Below the pieces are notes generated by a model. It ran no database searches. It was not told the origin of the DNA and saw only the letters and a program-made list of their open reading frames with translations. A stretch of 64,000 bases of DNA, taken from contig NW_003314356.1 of NCBI RefSeq assembly GCF_000143415.4, positions 434,001-498,000 on the forward strand, written 5' to 3'. Below, piece after piece: positions 1 through 13,584 of the stretch (position 1 is its first letter; each line of letters begins with the position of its first letter). Position numbers and translations under genes: made by a program. Source of the stretch: Selaginella moellendorffii. Taxonomy: Eukaryota > Plantae > Lycopodiophyta.

Positions 1-1300
1 GGTCATGGGATGACCACTCATGGATGGATAGCCCAGGCTTTGGGAGACAAAACTATATTACAAGTGGTCTTGGAATACCCACGAGACAAAAGTGAAGGGA
101 CATAACTTTAGTGTAATGGGCTAATATATTAGTGGTACCTTTGAGTGTATGTCATGGGGTTAGATATGTGGAACTTTTGGACCAAGTGCAAAGGCTGAGT
201 GGCATAGATGCCATTCATGAGGCTAGCATGTCCCCAAGTTAGGAATAAGACTTACGCTGGTTGTGAGTGAGACTCTTCCAAGTGGCCAAAGGTATGGCTA
301 TGTAGCGCACTTGAATTTGGAGCTGAACTCCAAGCCTATTGCGTTATAAAATGAGGGTCTAGCACAATCCTACAAGCACCAACTCCCCATATCCAGCATC
401 TACACACAAAATGGTGTTAGATGGTGTCTGGCACAATTTTGGCATACTGGTGGCCTAATGTGAGGAGGAGGGTACCCCACCAACTAAAACAGTGTGGAGC
501 TTGGGCTTAGACCCAAGTCAGATGTAGAATAAGGAGCGACATAGCCTAGCGGGAGCCAAACTAATGTCTTAGGTGATTAGATATGCATTCCAACCACTAT
601 CCCTACTATACATTAAGAACCCCCTATATCCCCCCCCCCCCACAAACACCCTTGTTATCATGCCCTTTGTCTCATTTCAGTCCCAAATGCTATTTATGGA
701 AAGTGTCTAGGTTTGCTCATTTGGCATATCTATGGAATGCAGAGATTGTCCTAAACATAATGGTGTTTGTCCCATGTCTAAATTTGCAATCTAGGGACAT
801 TCCATATTTAATAAGTTTTGAGCTTATCGTAGAGAGTAACTCCTGGTACTATAGAATGGTGCCCTCTAGTAAAGAACTTCCTAGGATGGGGAAGTGGAGT
901 TTGCACAACACATGCAATGCAAGGTGTTAGAGACACTTAGAAAATTGACTTTAAAAAGTCAAAATTAAAAGTTCCAAAGTGCAATACTTATGCTAGTCGA
1001 GGCTAAGGTTACTCTTGAATGAGTAGTCAAATTAAAAGAGAGACGATGTCTTTAACATATTTAGCATGAAATAAACGAATACAAAAGGGAAGGACCACCA
1101 TAAATAGTCTAATGAGTTTCTAAATTGAAGAAACTATGCTCCTTAGAGGATGGACAAACCATGGTGAGCTTTCGATGTCAAACCATTAACAAATATTAGT
1201 TAAGTACCAAGGATGAAAAGGGTAATACATGCTAGTGTTACTTTATAAAATGGTTTATCATTCGATAAAAACATCAAACTTTGTATATGGGTGGTGGAGT

Positions 1301-2245
1301 TGTGAAACACAAATCCTAGAGCCCCAAAAGTGGAGCTCAAAGGGTGCCACATGATAGTGGCCAACGTGGAAGACAAACGGGAGTAACACGTTTGGACTAA
1401 AAGCTTTGACTTGAATAGTCGAGAGTGGGAATGGAACTCCTAAAGAAGTGCTTGAGGAATGAGCACGAAGCAACCCAGTGGAGCCAATTTGGCCAGGAAT
1501 GATTAGTTTGACCCAAGAAAGTTATGCCCGAATAGTCAATGCTCTCAGTCCAAGTGTGGGTGGCACTACCTAATTAAATACCTGACATGGCTCAATGGAA
1601 CCTCACTCTAGCCCCATGGCTAGAGCACCCAAAGGCTCACCTCACTCTAGCCCCATGGCTAGAGCAGCCAAAGTCCCAAATTATGGAAAGGAAGAAGAGA
1701 AGAAGAGTAGTCCTTTGGTGCAGTGATCAAGGATACGGTCATGTGGTGAGGAAGTCCTAAAGTATAGTGGGACTTAGTGGTCAGGCTTGTGGGCCTTGAT
1801 CCAGTGGCAATGTTGGTGAACACGACCATAGAAAGAAAAAGGAATTAGTGGGGATTGTAAAAGGGATATTGGGGAAGGCTATTCCCCATGTTTGCGGGCA
1901 TCATAAGGATGCTAAGGAGTGGATCTAGGATGATCACTCATGGATGGATAGCTCACTCTTTGACAAACTACAGGTGGTGTTAAACCACTAGTGTGACAAA
2001 GGTGAATAGGCATGGATTTAGCGTAATGGGCTAATATATCAGTGGTATCTTTGGGTGTGGGTTATGGGATCGAACATGTGGAACACTTACACTAAGTGCA
2101 AAGGTTGAGTGGCATGGATGCCATTCTCGAGGCTAATAAGCCCAAGTCTAAAATAGGACTTATGGAGGTTGTGAGTGAGACTCCTCCAAATAGTCAGAAG
2201 TGTGGATAAGTGACTAAAGTAAAATGGAAAATTTAGTTACTTGCA
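1301..2245 (+). repeat. Degenerate family-A LTR (3' LTR; hexamer array deleted)
   Basis: Starts TGTGAAACAC and ends CTTGCA. Homologous to the LTRs at 38080-39842 and 62963-64000. Preceded by the PPT-like GGTGGTGGAGT (1290-1300). Confidence 0.75.
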
Positions 2246-2299
2246 TACCCCTCACCTCACCACAGCCTAGTATAGGGTTGGGACTTGAACCTAACTTTG

Positions 2300-5211
2300 T
2301 TTTACTAAAAAGTTGTGGGTGATAAGATATATTGAATTTTAGTTTAGTGCAATATTGCTCCAAGAGAGTTTTCTTGAACCTATTAGTAAAAATCTTATTT
2401 TGATTTGAGATCATTTCTTCCGGCCTTCCTCGGACTCAAACCACTTGTTCAAAGAACATTTTACTACACCTTCCACATCCACTTTCGTTATGATAGGTAT
2501 AAAATGTGTTCTTAGAAAACTGGTCCATCACTACAAATGTCACATCAAACCCCTCACTTGAGGGGAGTTTCATGATGAAGTCCATCATAAAACATTTCTA
2601 TGAATGATCTCAAATTGAAAGGATCTATAACACAACTTTCACCTGCTAACATGTTGAACATATCTTTATATAGTCTTGAATGTCCTTATCCATGTTTGGC
2701 CAGTGATACTTTCTCTTGAGTAAGCTTGTCTTCTTGGGCACTCATCATAACACTCTTCTAAGGCTACCTTCCTTATTCCCCTTGTGGAATATACATCCTT
2801 GTCTATTTATAATAGATGAGTCCATTGTGTTTCACATAACCTGTTTTCTTTTCTGTAGATAACTCGCCTCTCTAATTAGAATCTTGTGCCTCTTAGTTCT
2901 TTAACAACACTTTTTATGCTAGACCATTGTCTTTATACACCATCTGCATATCGTCCCAAAAGGTTGTTATTGCTTTGGATATCACCAACTTTAAGCTTAC
3001 TTTTAGACTTATAGCATTTACCACGATATTACTCTTCCCAGATTTATACAAAATTTTGCAATCAAACTTGGTCAAAACATTGGCCCACCAACCTTGTTTT
3101 CCTCATATGCCAGACTGTGATAAAAAGTGTTTTATTGCCACATTATCCATGTATACCTTAAAATGTCTCCCAAGGTAATATCACCAATCCTTGAGTGCCT
3201 TGAGGACCACAAATAGTTCTTTTTCATGGGTAGTCCAGTTTTAGTAAGCCTTGTCATGCTATTGGGTGGTTGTCCTACTTCAAAACTGCACTCAACGCAA
3301 AGTCTAAAGTGTTTGTTTCTACCTCGAAGTCCTTACTAAAGTTAGGTGATACAAACGTGGGAATCTTCCTCAATTTCCCTTTGAGGTGGACAAATGCTGC
3401 TTAACATTCCGCTCTCTATACTATCTTATTTTTTCCCGTTTGGTCAGTTAAAAACAAGACTACTCTAGAATAATGTTTGAGAAACTTTTAGTAGTAGTTG
3501 CATACCCCCAAGAACACTCTTAACTTGTGTACTTTCTCTTTTCCTGTCTTTTTCTCACTCCCCACTAGAAACTGGTAGTTTATGCACATGCGCATAAAGC
3601 CATTTTTCTTTTTCACAAATAACATCGATGCCTCATACAACGACTTCCTCAACATAATATACCCTTTATCCACTAACTCCTCAAGTTGTCACTTGAGCTC
3701 CTTGAGTTCCTTTTTGTTCAACAAATATGGGGGATAAATCACCACCTTAGCACCCTCAATTAGCTCAATCTTATATTCTATTGGTCGTGAGGGGGGGTAA
3801 CCCCATCGATAACTCCTTTAGCATAGTATCTCAAAATTTGTTTAACACCTGCTGGATCACTTAAAGTACTTCCTCTGTTCCTGTCTTTTTCTCACTCCCT
3901 ACTAAGAGTAAGCACAAAAATGCTATTATGGTTCCTTTAATGAGTTGTCTTGTCATAAACACTAGATTCAAGAAAAAGACTTTGGCCATACATTGCGCTA
4001 CTTTTAGATCTTGGGCCTTCACCCTAGATTGTTCTCCTCGGGCATTTGCTAGTACCACCAGGTTCCTACCTTATCCATGCAAGACTACCACAAATCAATT
4101 GAACTAATCCATCCTGAAGATCACGTCAAATTCTACCATGTCTAACATGATTAAATCCATATCGAATTTCCATAAATCTGTGATTATGTATAGACTCCTC
4201 CATGCTTGGCCCCATGGGCCACCCTTTTTTTTTAAGTTGACACCTTCAACTAGGGTCTTCGTTACCCCAACTTACCAATCTCACTTAGCAAGTCATTGGA
4301 CTAGTATAACATGGTTTCATGCATAAGTATGAAAGTGTTTCATTATCAACTTTCGTTCAAAGCTATCTCTTTGAACCCTTAGGGACTATTTCCCCAACCT
4401 TGATATCTTCGCCTTATGGCAAACTTCAAGACCATGTTTTTATTGCACGACTTTGATTTCGCATGTTTTATGAACTATTTACACTTGTATTTCTAGGTAC
4501 TAATCTACCTAGAATTATTTTTGGGAACCTTTGAAGGGACTCTGTCCCTTAGTTTGCTAAAGCATCTCATTTCGCAAGCTTTTTAATTGCCATATGGTCT
4601 AACATGAACAATTCCATATTTTAGACTCTCCATACCATCACGGTTGCTAATACCAACACGTTTGAGCATCCATTTAATGCTCCACTTCCAATTTGCATAA
4701 CCACCCTTAGTTATGCCCTTCCATTCTTGGTTCAATTCTATCCCTTTATTACTTTTTTTTTGCCTTGTGTCTTCCCTTTAGTTATTCTCCTCCCATCTAG
4801 AAGGTAGTTTTGCACTTTCTACCATGCATTAGCCAGTATTCTTAGGAATGAATCTATTAAATAACTTAAGGAGTGGATTTTCAATTTGGATATGCTCACT
4901 ATGTAATCCCAGACACTAGGATTAATGTTGTTATGCATGGGTCTATTTATGCCCATTGTTAGTCATGCCAAAATCCTTTTTGGCTTGGTCTAATTTGGAT
5001 ATATGAACTTCTCTTTTGAACATTGAATAACACTTTCTATCCATTATTCTTTAGGGACTTAGTCCCTTGGGCCTTATGTAATGCCCTCATGATACTAAAT
5101 ACCACTTCTTGGAGTTTTAAAGTGTTTACATGTCCCAATGATAGCCTTCTTTGTCAATGAGCATTTCCTTTTTCAACATTGACTTACTATATTACAACAT
5201 AAGCAATTTAT
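2300..5211 (-). pseudogene. Decayed Ty3/Gypsy gag-pol (protease, RT, RNase H and integrase remnants)
   Basis: The 3488-3673 ORF DKGYIMLRKSLYEASMLFVKKKNGFMRMCINY is an RT N-terminal motif. RNase H-like (FEVET..DFALSAV) and integrase-like (MDFI) remnants occur among many stops. 4160-5211 matches 35670-36720. Confidence 0.8.
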
Positions 5212-6242
5212 TGTAAGGAACCAACTCCCTGAGGTGTCGAAGGCTAAAGGATCCTTGAAAGCATGATCAAAATGATAAAGAGTTTATTGGATGAGACCGA
5301 GTCTGAGACCAACTCAAAGACTAAATTCGAGACTAAGTCTGAGATTGAGTCTGAGACCAAGTCCAAGACCAAGTCCGAGACTAAGTTTGAGACTGAGTTC
5401 GAGATTCGAGGTTGGGTCGAATCGAGTTCAAGATCGAATTCGAGACCAAATCCAAATACTAATATAGGTCGTAGATGAAAGCCCAAAGTATGTGTCTCCC
5501 AGGGGGGGGGGGGATGGCTGTAGGGGGTTCTAAAGTATAGTAGGGATAATGAGGTCCAGGAACCAGTCTTAAAGGAACTCTCCAGTGGTGCTTCCAAACT
5601 GACTTGAGGTTGAGACTAGAGCTAAGGGGGAGTGAGCATGGACTCAGATGGTGCTAGAGGGGCCACCCAAGGAAGTGCTAAAGAGCAGATCCCACTCCTA
5701 GAAGAGAAACCGACTGCAGTGCTCCTGGCTCATGTGGAATGGTGCCCCACTTGAGTACCTTGCGGCTCATTGGTTCTCGCCCTTCCTAGGAGCTTGGGCC
5801 TTTCCTTCGGAATGGAAGTGGGGGAGTAAAGGTACCCATATTGGGCTGTTAGGCCATAATGTTTCCCCCCGATGTCCTGAAGCAAGTGTTGCACCTAAGG
5901 CTTGGGATTTAGAGGATCCCATGATCAAGTCTTATTGTACCAATGGATGTTAAAAATCTGGAGGCTTGGTGTGCTTCGCTGCTTGTGCTTGCGGGGAGTG
6001 CAGCCGAACCTTAAGTCCAATATAACCCAAGGAGGGGGATTGGGAGAGAATTTAGGAATCCATTAATGGATAGCTAACACTCCATTGCTTGTGTAATGAG
6101 TTGTTAAGACCAAGTAGGATCAAGTAAGAGCTGGTATAATAAGTGGGAACTTTGGTGAGGGAACTTAACTAAGGCCAAGGTCATGGTGGTCAAATAGACA
6201 AGGTAAGTTAGTAAATTGGAAAGGAAAAATTTGTGGCTTAGG
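5212..6242 (+). repeat. Family-C 5' LTR
   Basis: TGTAAGGAACC...AATTTGTGGCTTA; homologous to 48667-49616 and 53782-54757. Confidence 0.85.
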
Positions 6243-6245
6243 AAT

Positions 6246-6257
6246 TGGTATTGGAGC
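6246..6257 (+). promoter_or_regulatory. Primer-binding site (tRNA-iMet type)
   Basis: TGGTATTGGAGC 3 bp after the LTR; the canonical form is TGGTATCAGAGC. Confidence 0.75.
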
Positions 6258-6326
6258 TTTTTCCTCAGTTCTAGCAAAGGATAGAGGCAGATTGCTGGGA
6301 GATGGCAAAGGCAAGGCATAAAAGAA

Positions 6327-7786
6327 TGAAGGCGGAATTGAAACTTCCTCCAGAGCTAGAGCCTCTGGTCGAACAAAAGACTAGGAATGAGGAATCCTTG
6401 CATGAGGAGGACTTCAGTGAGGAAACTTGTAAATAAGAGTCTGGTGGTGAGGTTCAGTTGTCCAATGCTTGATTGGATATTCTAGAAGGACAAGTGGCAC
6501 AAACCAATGCCCTGCTGAAGACTCTTATACGCAAGCTAAAGCGTGACAAAAAGAGGATGAAAAAACAAAAGATTGCAGATGCTGGCAGTGCAGAAGGTGT
6601 GGACCCTTTGGTGGGGACTGAGGTGAAACCGAACAAGGTTGAACAAACTGAAGTGGAATCAATCCCTCAAGTAGTTCCCAAGTACAAACCAAAGCCCTCA
6701 TTGGTTCTCAAGAGAGTGAATGACTATAAGGTGGTGGAGGATTAGTTTATGATATGGAGGATTACTTTTGAGCATTGTAGTTATTGAGCTCGGAGAAGGT
6801 CCCATGTGCAAAACCATAACTTGGCAAATAATACTAAGTCTTGGTGGTGAATAACAGAGTCCAACAAAAGACTGGTGCCCACTTGGGAAATGATGAAGGT
6901 GAGGATCCGTGCAAGTTACGTTCCTCCAAATGCTACTCTTCACCTAAGGGATGAGCTGAGTAGGTTGAAGCAAACCAGAACCATTCAAAAATATATAAAT
7001 GCATTTATGGCAAAGAAGATACTTATCATAGACATGGGTGATATGGATGCATTCCATGCCTTCATATTATGCTTGCAAACCCAAAGTGATGTATTGGAAC
7101 CCAACCAACTTCAAAGAAGTGTTGGATGCAGTTATCAAAGTGCATTTCAATGATAACCTGCAAAAGGGGAACATGACGGGGTTAGGGACTATATTTAGCA
7201 AAGGGGCCAAACCAAGGGGTACATATGATAAAGGGAAATTCAAAAGGAGTTTCTCTAAAAATGAGTCTTTGAGGTTCCAAAATGGTAGATCCGGGGGCCA
7301 ACGAGCAAGTACATGGGGAGTTAAACAAAAAAGGACAAACCCATGGATAAGAAAGTGAAATAACGTATGCTTCAATTGTGGTGAAGTGGAACACTTTTCG
7401 AGGGAATGTCCCTACCCAAAGAAAGCTAGAGCCAATGGTGAAATCTAAATTGAGGTACGTGATCCAGTCTTTAGCTTAAAGTTACTCATTACATGAGCAA
7501 CTTTAGTAAAGAGTCATTCGCAATATCTACTAGCCTTCTGAGGGAAGTTCAGAGGTAGCTTTGTTAAGATCCTTATTAACATGGGTGCTTCGGATGATTT
7601 TGTGGCTGCAGACATAGTCTGGCAAGCCAGACTAACAGTGCAACGGTTGGGTGAACCAAGGATTATAAAGTTTGTTCAAGGTAGCTAAAGCACCGATGAA
7701 GTACTTCAACAAGTAAAAGTCAAAGTAGGGACATGAAAAGTAGATATGGATTTCACTGTATTGGACATAGCAGGATTTGACATAAT
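6327..7786 (+). pseudogene. Frameshifted gag (capsid plus CCHC zinc knuckle) and aspartic protease remnant
   Basis: LRDELSRLKQTRTIQKYINAF is gag-like. CFNCGEVEHFSRECP knuckle at ~7368-7412. KILINMGASDDFV protease-like motif at ~7566-7605. Confidence 0.8.
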
Positions 7787-8095
7787 TGTAAGCCACAAAT
7801 TTTTCCTTTCTAATTTGCCAGCTTATCTCGTTTATCCCACCAACACTACCTTGGCTTTTGCTAAGTTCCCTCAACAAGGTTTCCGCCTATTATACCAACT
7901 ACTACTTAGTCTTACTTGGTTTCAGCTACTCACTGCATGAGCAACGGAGCATTAGCCATCCATCCACGGATTCCCAAATCTCTCCCAATCCCCCTCTGGA
8001 CTTAGACTAGACTTAAGGTTCGGCTACACTCCCCGCAGGCATAAGCAGCCAAGCACACCAAACCTCTAGATTCCTAACATCCTTTGGTACAACAA
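7787..8095 (-). repeat. Inverted fragment of a family-C LTR replacing most of pol
   Basis: TGTAAGCCACAAATTTTTCC... is the reverse complement of the 3' ~310 bp of the 5212-6242 LTR. Confidence 0.75.
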
Positions 8096-8157
8096 GTGGG
8101 ATAAACTAGAAGTTGACCTAAAGGTAAAATGCATGTATTTCTGGAAATAAACTAATT

Positions 8158-8520
8158 TTGAGTTCCTTAAGTAGGTTCACTAGACCTTATGAGATTGAAG
8201 GTCAAATTGATAAGGTGGCTTACCGCCTTAAATTTCCTCTAGAGATAGGAAAGATGCACCTTGTGTTTCACATGAACTTACTCAAGTTATACTTTGAGGA
8301 TCTGCTTCGTAAGGACCAAATAATACCTTTACCTAAGGTTATCCAAGGGGAAGAGGAATATAAAGTCAACGCCATTCTTAATGCATGCAAGAGCAAAAGA
8401 CAAAAACATAAGATGAGGGAGTTCCATGTGAAGTGGAAAGGATTTCCACATTGCAAAATAACATGGGAACGAGAGGAGAACCTAGCGAACGCGTGGGATT
8501 TAGTGGAGGAATTTTTGTAA
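8158..8520 (+). pseudogene. Integrase C-terminus (GPY/F-SH3 region) plus chromodomain
   Basis: RFTRPYEI...VAYRLKFP...HLVFH, followed by EEYKVNAIL...EFHVKWKGFPHCKITWEREENL. Confidence 0.85.
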
Positions 8521-9706
8521 AGTAAAACTCTATGTACTTATGCAAAATTCAATTAAAGAATTTATTTGAGAAATTGAGCAATGTCATATGTTGGAATCTA
8601 AAGGCGCACCGAAGGTAAGCTAATTAGCATGGGTTAGCTAGGTCGACTAGGGGTAAGAAATTACACCTGACTCCTGCGGGGATACCGAATCCATAGATGT
8701 ATTCTACAAAGGTTGGGTTCAAGTCCCAACCCTCTAGTAAAGCAACACTGGGTTCAAGTCCTAACCTGTTGCAAATGTGACTTCGGGTATCGAAAGTTAC
8801 CTGTTGGCTAGTCCTTTTGGATATTCTTTCCTTATTGCCATGATGGCAGGAGGTCAGTATTGCTAAACCTGTTATCAGTTTCCCACTTGAGCTAGTTGAG
8901 AAACTAGTCAATGACCGTGTACTTAGATCGGATAAACATAAGGTAGGAACCCTATGTGTTTCTTGTTGAGCATACTCGGCCTGGTTTAAGAAACTCCTGT
9001 CATTGGCTTGCACTTGCTAATATCAAGAACCCCCGTGATATTGAGATTAGTCCCTCAATATTCGCTAGATGATAGCTTATCGTGTCTACCAAACACCCTC
9101 GCTATCATGCCCTTTGTGTTAGTCTCATTTCGGTCCTAAATGCTATTTATGGAAAGTGTCTAAATCTGCTCATTTAGCATATCTACGAAATGTAGAGATT
9201 GGCCTGAACACAATAGTGTTCGTCCCATGTCCAAATTCATAATCTAGTGCCATTCCATATTTAGTAAGTTTCGAGCTTGTCCCAGAGATTAACTCTTGAT
9301 ACTAAGGGAGGCTTGGGGTGAAAGCCCAAAGTGTATGTTCCTCAAGGGGGGCAGCATGTATAGTAGGGATAGTGGGTAGGTCGGGCATGGCTGACCAATT
9401 TGAGGCATAGTTTAGCTCCCGCTTGCGTGCCTGTCTTTGTTCTGCATTCGGCTTTACGTTAATACGTCATATTTTTTGGTTCTAAGGTACCTTTACATGT
9501 ACACATTCATTCATCTTATTTACATAGTCATCTAAGTTCCTGGGTCTAAGCCCAAGTTCCATTCCATGCCAGTTAGTGGATTACCTATGTCCTCGTGTTA
9601 GGCCACCGGTATGCCGAAATAGCACCAAACTCTGTTTGGCTCCGTTTTGTGTGCTGGTCCTAGCAAAGGGATGCTAAATGCTCTAGGAATGTTCCAAGTT
9701 GCTCCG

Positions 9707-12700
9707 TGTTATGATCCAGCACAAAAAGACAAAGATCTAGTTGCCCTAGACTATGCTACACCACCTCTTGAGGTTCCTCACCACCCAACCACCCCCGAGC
9801 TACCTCAAAAGCTCCACTGTGCCGCCGCTCCACTGTGAGCCTTAGGGTAGGTTAAGTCCCTTACCCTAATATGCCTTAATATACCCTTGAGCCTCCCTTT
9901 GACCGACGTTGACCACATAGTCAAAGCTGGCGCCTAACAATTCTTCCCCCCCAACAAAGTCTTTGTCCCAAGGACGAGTTGTACCGGTGATCACCCTTTC
10001 TGGGGAATCCTACTCAAGCTCCTGGTCCATCTTCCACAGCCGTATACATCAAAGAGGCATTGGGCCCGTCACTCCGAGATAGTACACCTTTCAACTGGCT
10101 GACATAAAATACTGGATGAATTTTCACCCTAACTGGCAGCCGCACCCGATAAGCCGCTTTACCAATGCGCTCCAGCACTTCATATGGACCAACATATCGA
10201 TGGGAAAGTTTATCACTCTTCCCTGTCCGTAAAGCCACCAAGGTGTTCCGCCGCTCATTTGACGGAAAGATCACTCGCACGAAGACGAGATCACCCACCT
10301 TATATTCCCGGAATTGGCGATGCTCATTGGCAAACTTCTCCGCTCTATCTTGAGCTGCTTGCAAATTCCGTTTGCATACCACCAAAATCTCATCAAGTTC
10401 TGTGGCCAAATCAATTGCCTCGGAATCAAGCTTTTCTTGAACGTCCTTACTCAAATGCAATCCCAACTCCACCACTGTTCGAGGATGCCTTCCAAACATC
10501 GCAAAGTAAGGATTTAGTTTGGTTCCACTGTGTTGGCTATTGTTGTAAGCAAATTGCACCAACAGAAGATATAGATCCCACTGTCCTTGCCTTTGACCAA
10601 TGCTACAACGTAGCATATCCTCCACCACCTGATTCACACGCTCAGTTTGCCCATCCGTCTGAGGATGATCTCCACTCGAGAGTTTCAAAGTCACTTGCAT
10701 AGCCTTTGCAAAACTTTTCCAAAATCCACTAGTGAACTTTGAATCTCAATCACTAATGATGTCCTCCGGCAAACCAAAATCAGGAAAAACCTTCTCCAAG
10801 TAAACCGCAGCCAAGTCTGAGGCAGTGACAGTCTTCTGAAGAGCCAATAACCGCACATACTTCGTCAACCGATCCACTATGACCCATACTTACTCCTTTT
10901 CCCTCTGTGTTCATGGCAAACAAGTGATGAAGTCCATAGAGATACTACACCAACGGCTCTGAGGAATAGGTAAAGGTTGCAAAAGTCCCCCCAGCTTCTC
11001 TCGTGGCACCTTAACCCGCTGACAAAGCTCGCATGATTTACAATACTTGAGGATATCAGCCTTCATATTCCTCCAATAAAAGTTGCGCTTAATCAACTCA
11101 TACGTCTTCTTCCCCCCAAAATGACCGGCCTCTGGACGATCATGATAGTGGAATAAAACTTGAGTAATTAACGCATCCACCCGTGGCAAATAGACACGGC
11201 CATTGTAGTAGAGAATCCCATCCACCAATGAGAAAGGAGCTTCCATCTGATCTCGCAAAGAGGCCACCTCAGCATCCTGAGCCTGAGCATGCTCAACCAA
11301 CTACCCAAACTCGCTGACCACCTTACTCAAATGATGACAAAATCGTGTTTGTAACGTCGTCACATGACGAACACGAGATAAAGCATCCGCCACCACATTT
11401 GATTTTCCCGGAGGATGTTCAATAGGAAACTCCCCAAACTCCATGAGTTTGACCATCCAATGAGCTTGCCTAGTATTCAACTCCTTCTGTGTGAAAAGAT
11501 ACACAAGTGGTTTGTGATCTGTCAACACCACGAACACTGCACCATAAAGATAGTGCCGCCACGTCTGCAAAGCATGAACAATAGAGAGTAACTCTTGCTC
11601 ATATGTGGAATAGCGTTGCTCTGCGGAATTCAAAGTTCGACTCTCATATGCAATAGGCTGTCCCTCTTGCATGAGAACTCCTCCCAATGCATAACCACTC
11701 GCATCGCATGTCACCTCGTAAGGTTTCGATGGATCAGCAATGCGAAGCACTGGAGCCTCGATCAACAATCGTTTCAGCGCCACAAAACTCTCCTCTTGTG
11801 GCGTCTTCCACTCGAATGGCACATTCTTGCGTAACAACCGCGTCAACGGAATAGCCACCTCTGCAAACTTATGCTGGAAACGTCGGTAGTAACTAGCCAT
11901 ACCAAGAAAACTGCGCAACTCGGCCATTGTAGTCGATGTAGGCCAGTTTTCCACCACAGCCACCTTCCTTGGATCCGTCTTGACACCCTTAGATGTCACA
12001 ATATGGCCTAGATATTCCACCTCTGACTTTGCAAATTCACATTTGCTCTTCTTCGCATAAAGTTTGCTGTCTCGGAGTAACAAAAGAACCTTGCGCAAAT
12101 GCACCCTATGCTCCTCCATATTCTTGCTAAAAACAAGAATATCGTCCAAGAAAATCTCCACAAACTCATGAAGATAACGCCCAAATACCTCCGTCATCAA
12201 CCGAGTAAATGTGGCCGGTGCATTCGTCAAACCAAACGGCATAACGGTAAACTCAAAATGTCCGAAGCTTGTGTTGAATGCCGTCTTGGAGATAGATGCA
12301 TCATCCATTGCAATCTGATGATATCCACTCCTCAGATCAATCTTGGTAAACACTTGTGCTTCACCAAGCTTGTCTAGGATATCATCCACACGTGGCATCG
12401 GCATTTTGTCCTTCACTGTCTTCTTGTTTAAAGCACGGTAGTCAATACACATCCGCATTGAACCGTCCTTCTTCTTCACAAGCAAGACCGGAGCACCAAA
12501 CGGAGACTTACTTGGCTGAATAAATCCAAACTCAAGTAACTCCTTGACTTGTCGTTGAACTTCTTGCTCCTCCACATAACTTAACCGAAATGGACGCCAG
12601 TAAATTGGCCGCGTCCCCGGCTCCAATGTAATCCCATGCTCCACACCTCGTAATGGAGGCAATCCATGAGGAAGTTCAGATGGAAAAACATCAGAAAACT

Positions 12701-13584
12701 CATCAAGTACATCCTGTACTGTTGCTTCTCCCCCACACGTGCCTTGGTCCCCCAAGTCACGAACAAACAGCAAGTAACTTGAAAGTGCTTTTCCATTATG
12801 ACAAGCCCGCTTCAAAGATGTAGCAGAGAGCATAACAACTAGTGGTTGAACGCCCTCGCCAAACCACACATCTTTAACGGCACCATACTCCAGCGAGATA
12901 CGCTTAATGCTCCACTTTATCTCTGGATCCACCTTCACCAACCATGGCATCCCAAGAATGAGATCCACACGATGGATATCCGCAAGATAAAAAGTCTCCA
13001 CAAGTGTGGTTTTGCCAACCAACACTTCCAGCCCCTCGACACAAGCATCGAAATGCTGAGCAGAGGTAGCTGCACCTTCCACTGTGTATGGAAGAACTCC
13101 ACGTGTGTTCAGGCGATGCTCCGCAACAAACTTTGCCGAAACAAAGTTGTCATCGCTCCCACTATCCAGTAAAATCCGCACTGGATCGCCACGGAACATG
13201 CCCTCCAGCATTAAAGCTGATTCACGCGTATCCTCAAGCTCCATCTTGTTCCACACATAGTTGAGCTGACGAGCAACGATCGAAAGTCACTTCCTCCGAC
13301 CGGAATGGTCATTCTCCTCCTCCTCACGCTGCAAAGTTTGCAACTTTTTAGTATCGGACTTACCGTGAGAAGAAGATTGGCCATTCTTCTTGTCCTGCTG
13401 CTTGTCCTGCTCTTGAGGTTCCTCACCACCCAACCACCCCCGAGCTACCTCAAAAGCTCCACTGCGCCGCCGCTCCACTGTGAGCCCTAGGGTAGGTTAA
13501 GTCCCTTACCCTAATATGCCTTAATATACCCTTGAGCCTCCCTTTGACCGACGTTGACCACGTAGTCAAAGCTGGCGCCTAACA
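9707..13584 (-). mobile_element. Family-B Ty3/Gypsy element with internal deletion of PBS and most of gag
   Basis: 233-bp 3' LTR 9707-9939 with adjacent PPT; truncated 5' LTR ~13410-13584; perfect TSD CTCCG (9702-9706, 13585-13589). Confidence 0.92.
10014..13286 (-). pseudogene. pol: pol: protease, reverse transcriptase, RNase H, integrase (in-frame stops at ~11301, ~10911 and ~10746)
   Basis: Motifs LLDSGS (protease); RMCIDYRALN, MPFGLTNAPATF, FLDDILV (RT); CDASGYALG, NVVADALSR (RNase H); H-H-C-C, SMDFIT, PQTDGQTERVN, GPYEV (integrase). Gypsy domain order; no chromodomain. Confidence 0.95.

Noticed and set aside
8711-8766. Possible tRNA gene or SINE
   Set aside because: Only T-arm-like hairpins; no A-box, anticodon arm or acceptor stem is recognisable.
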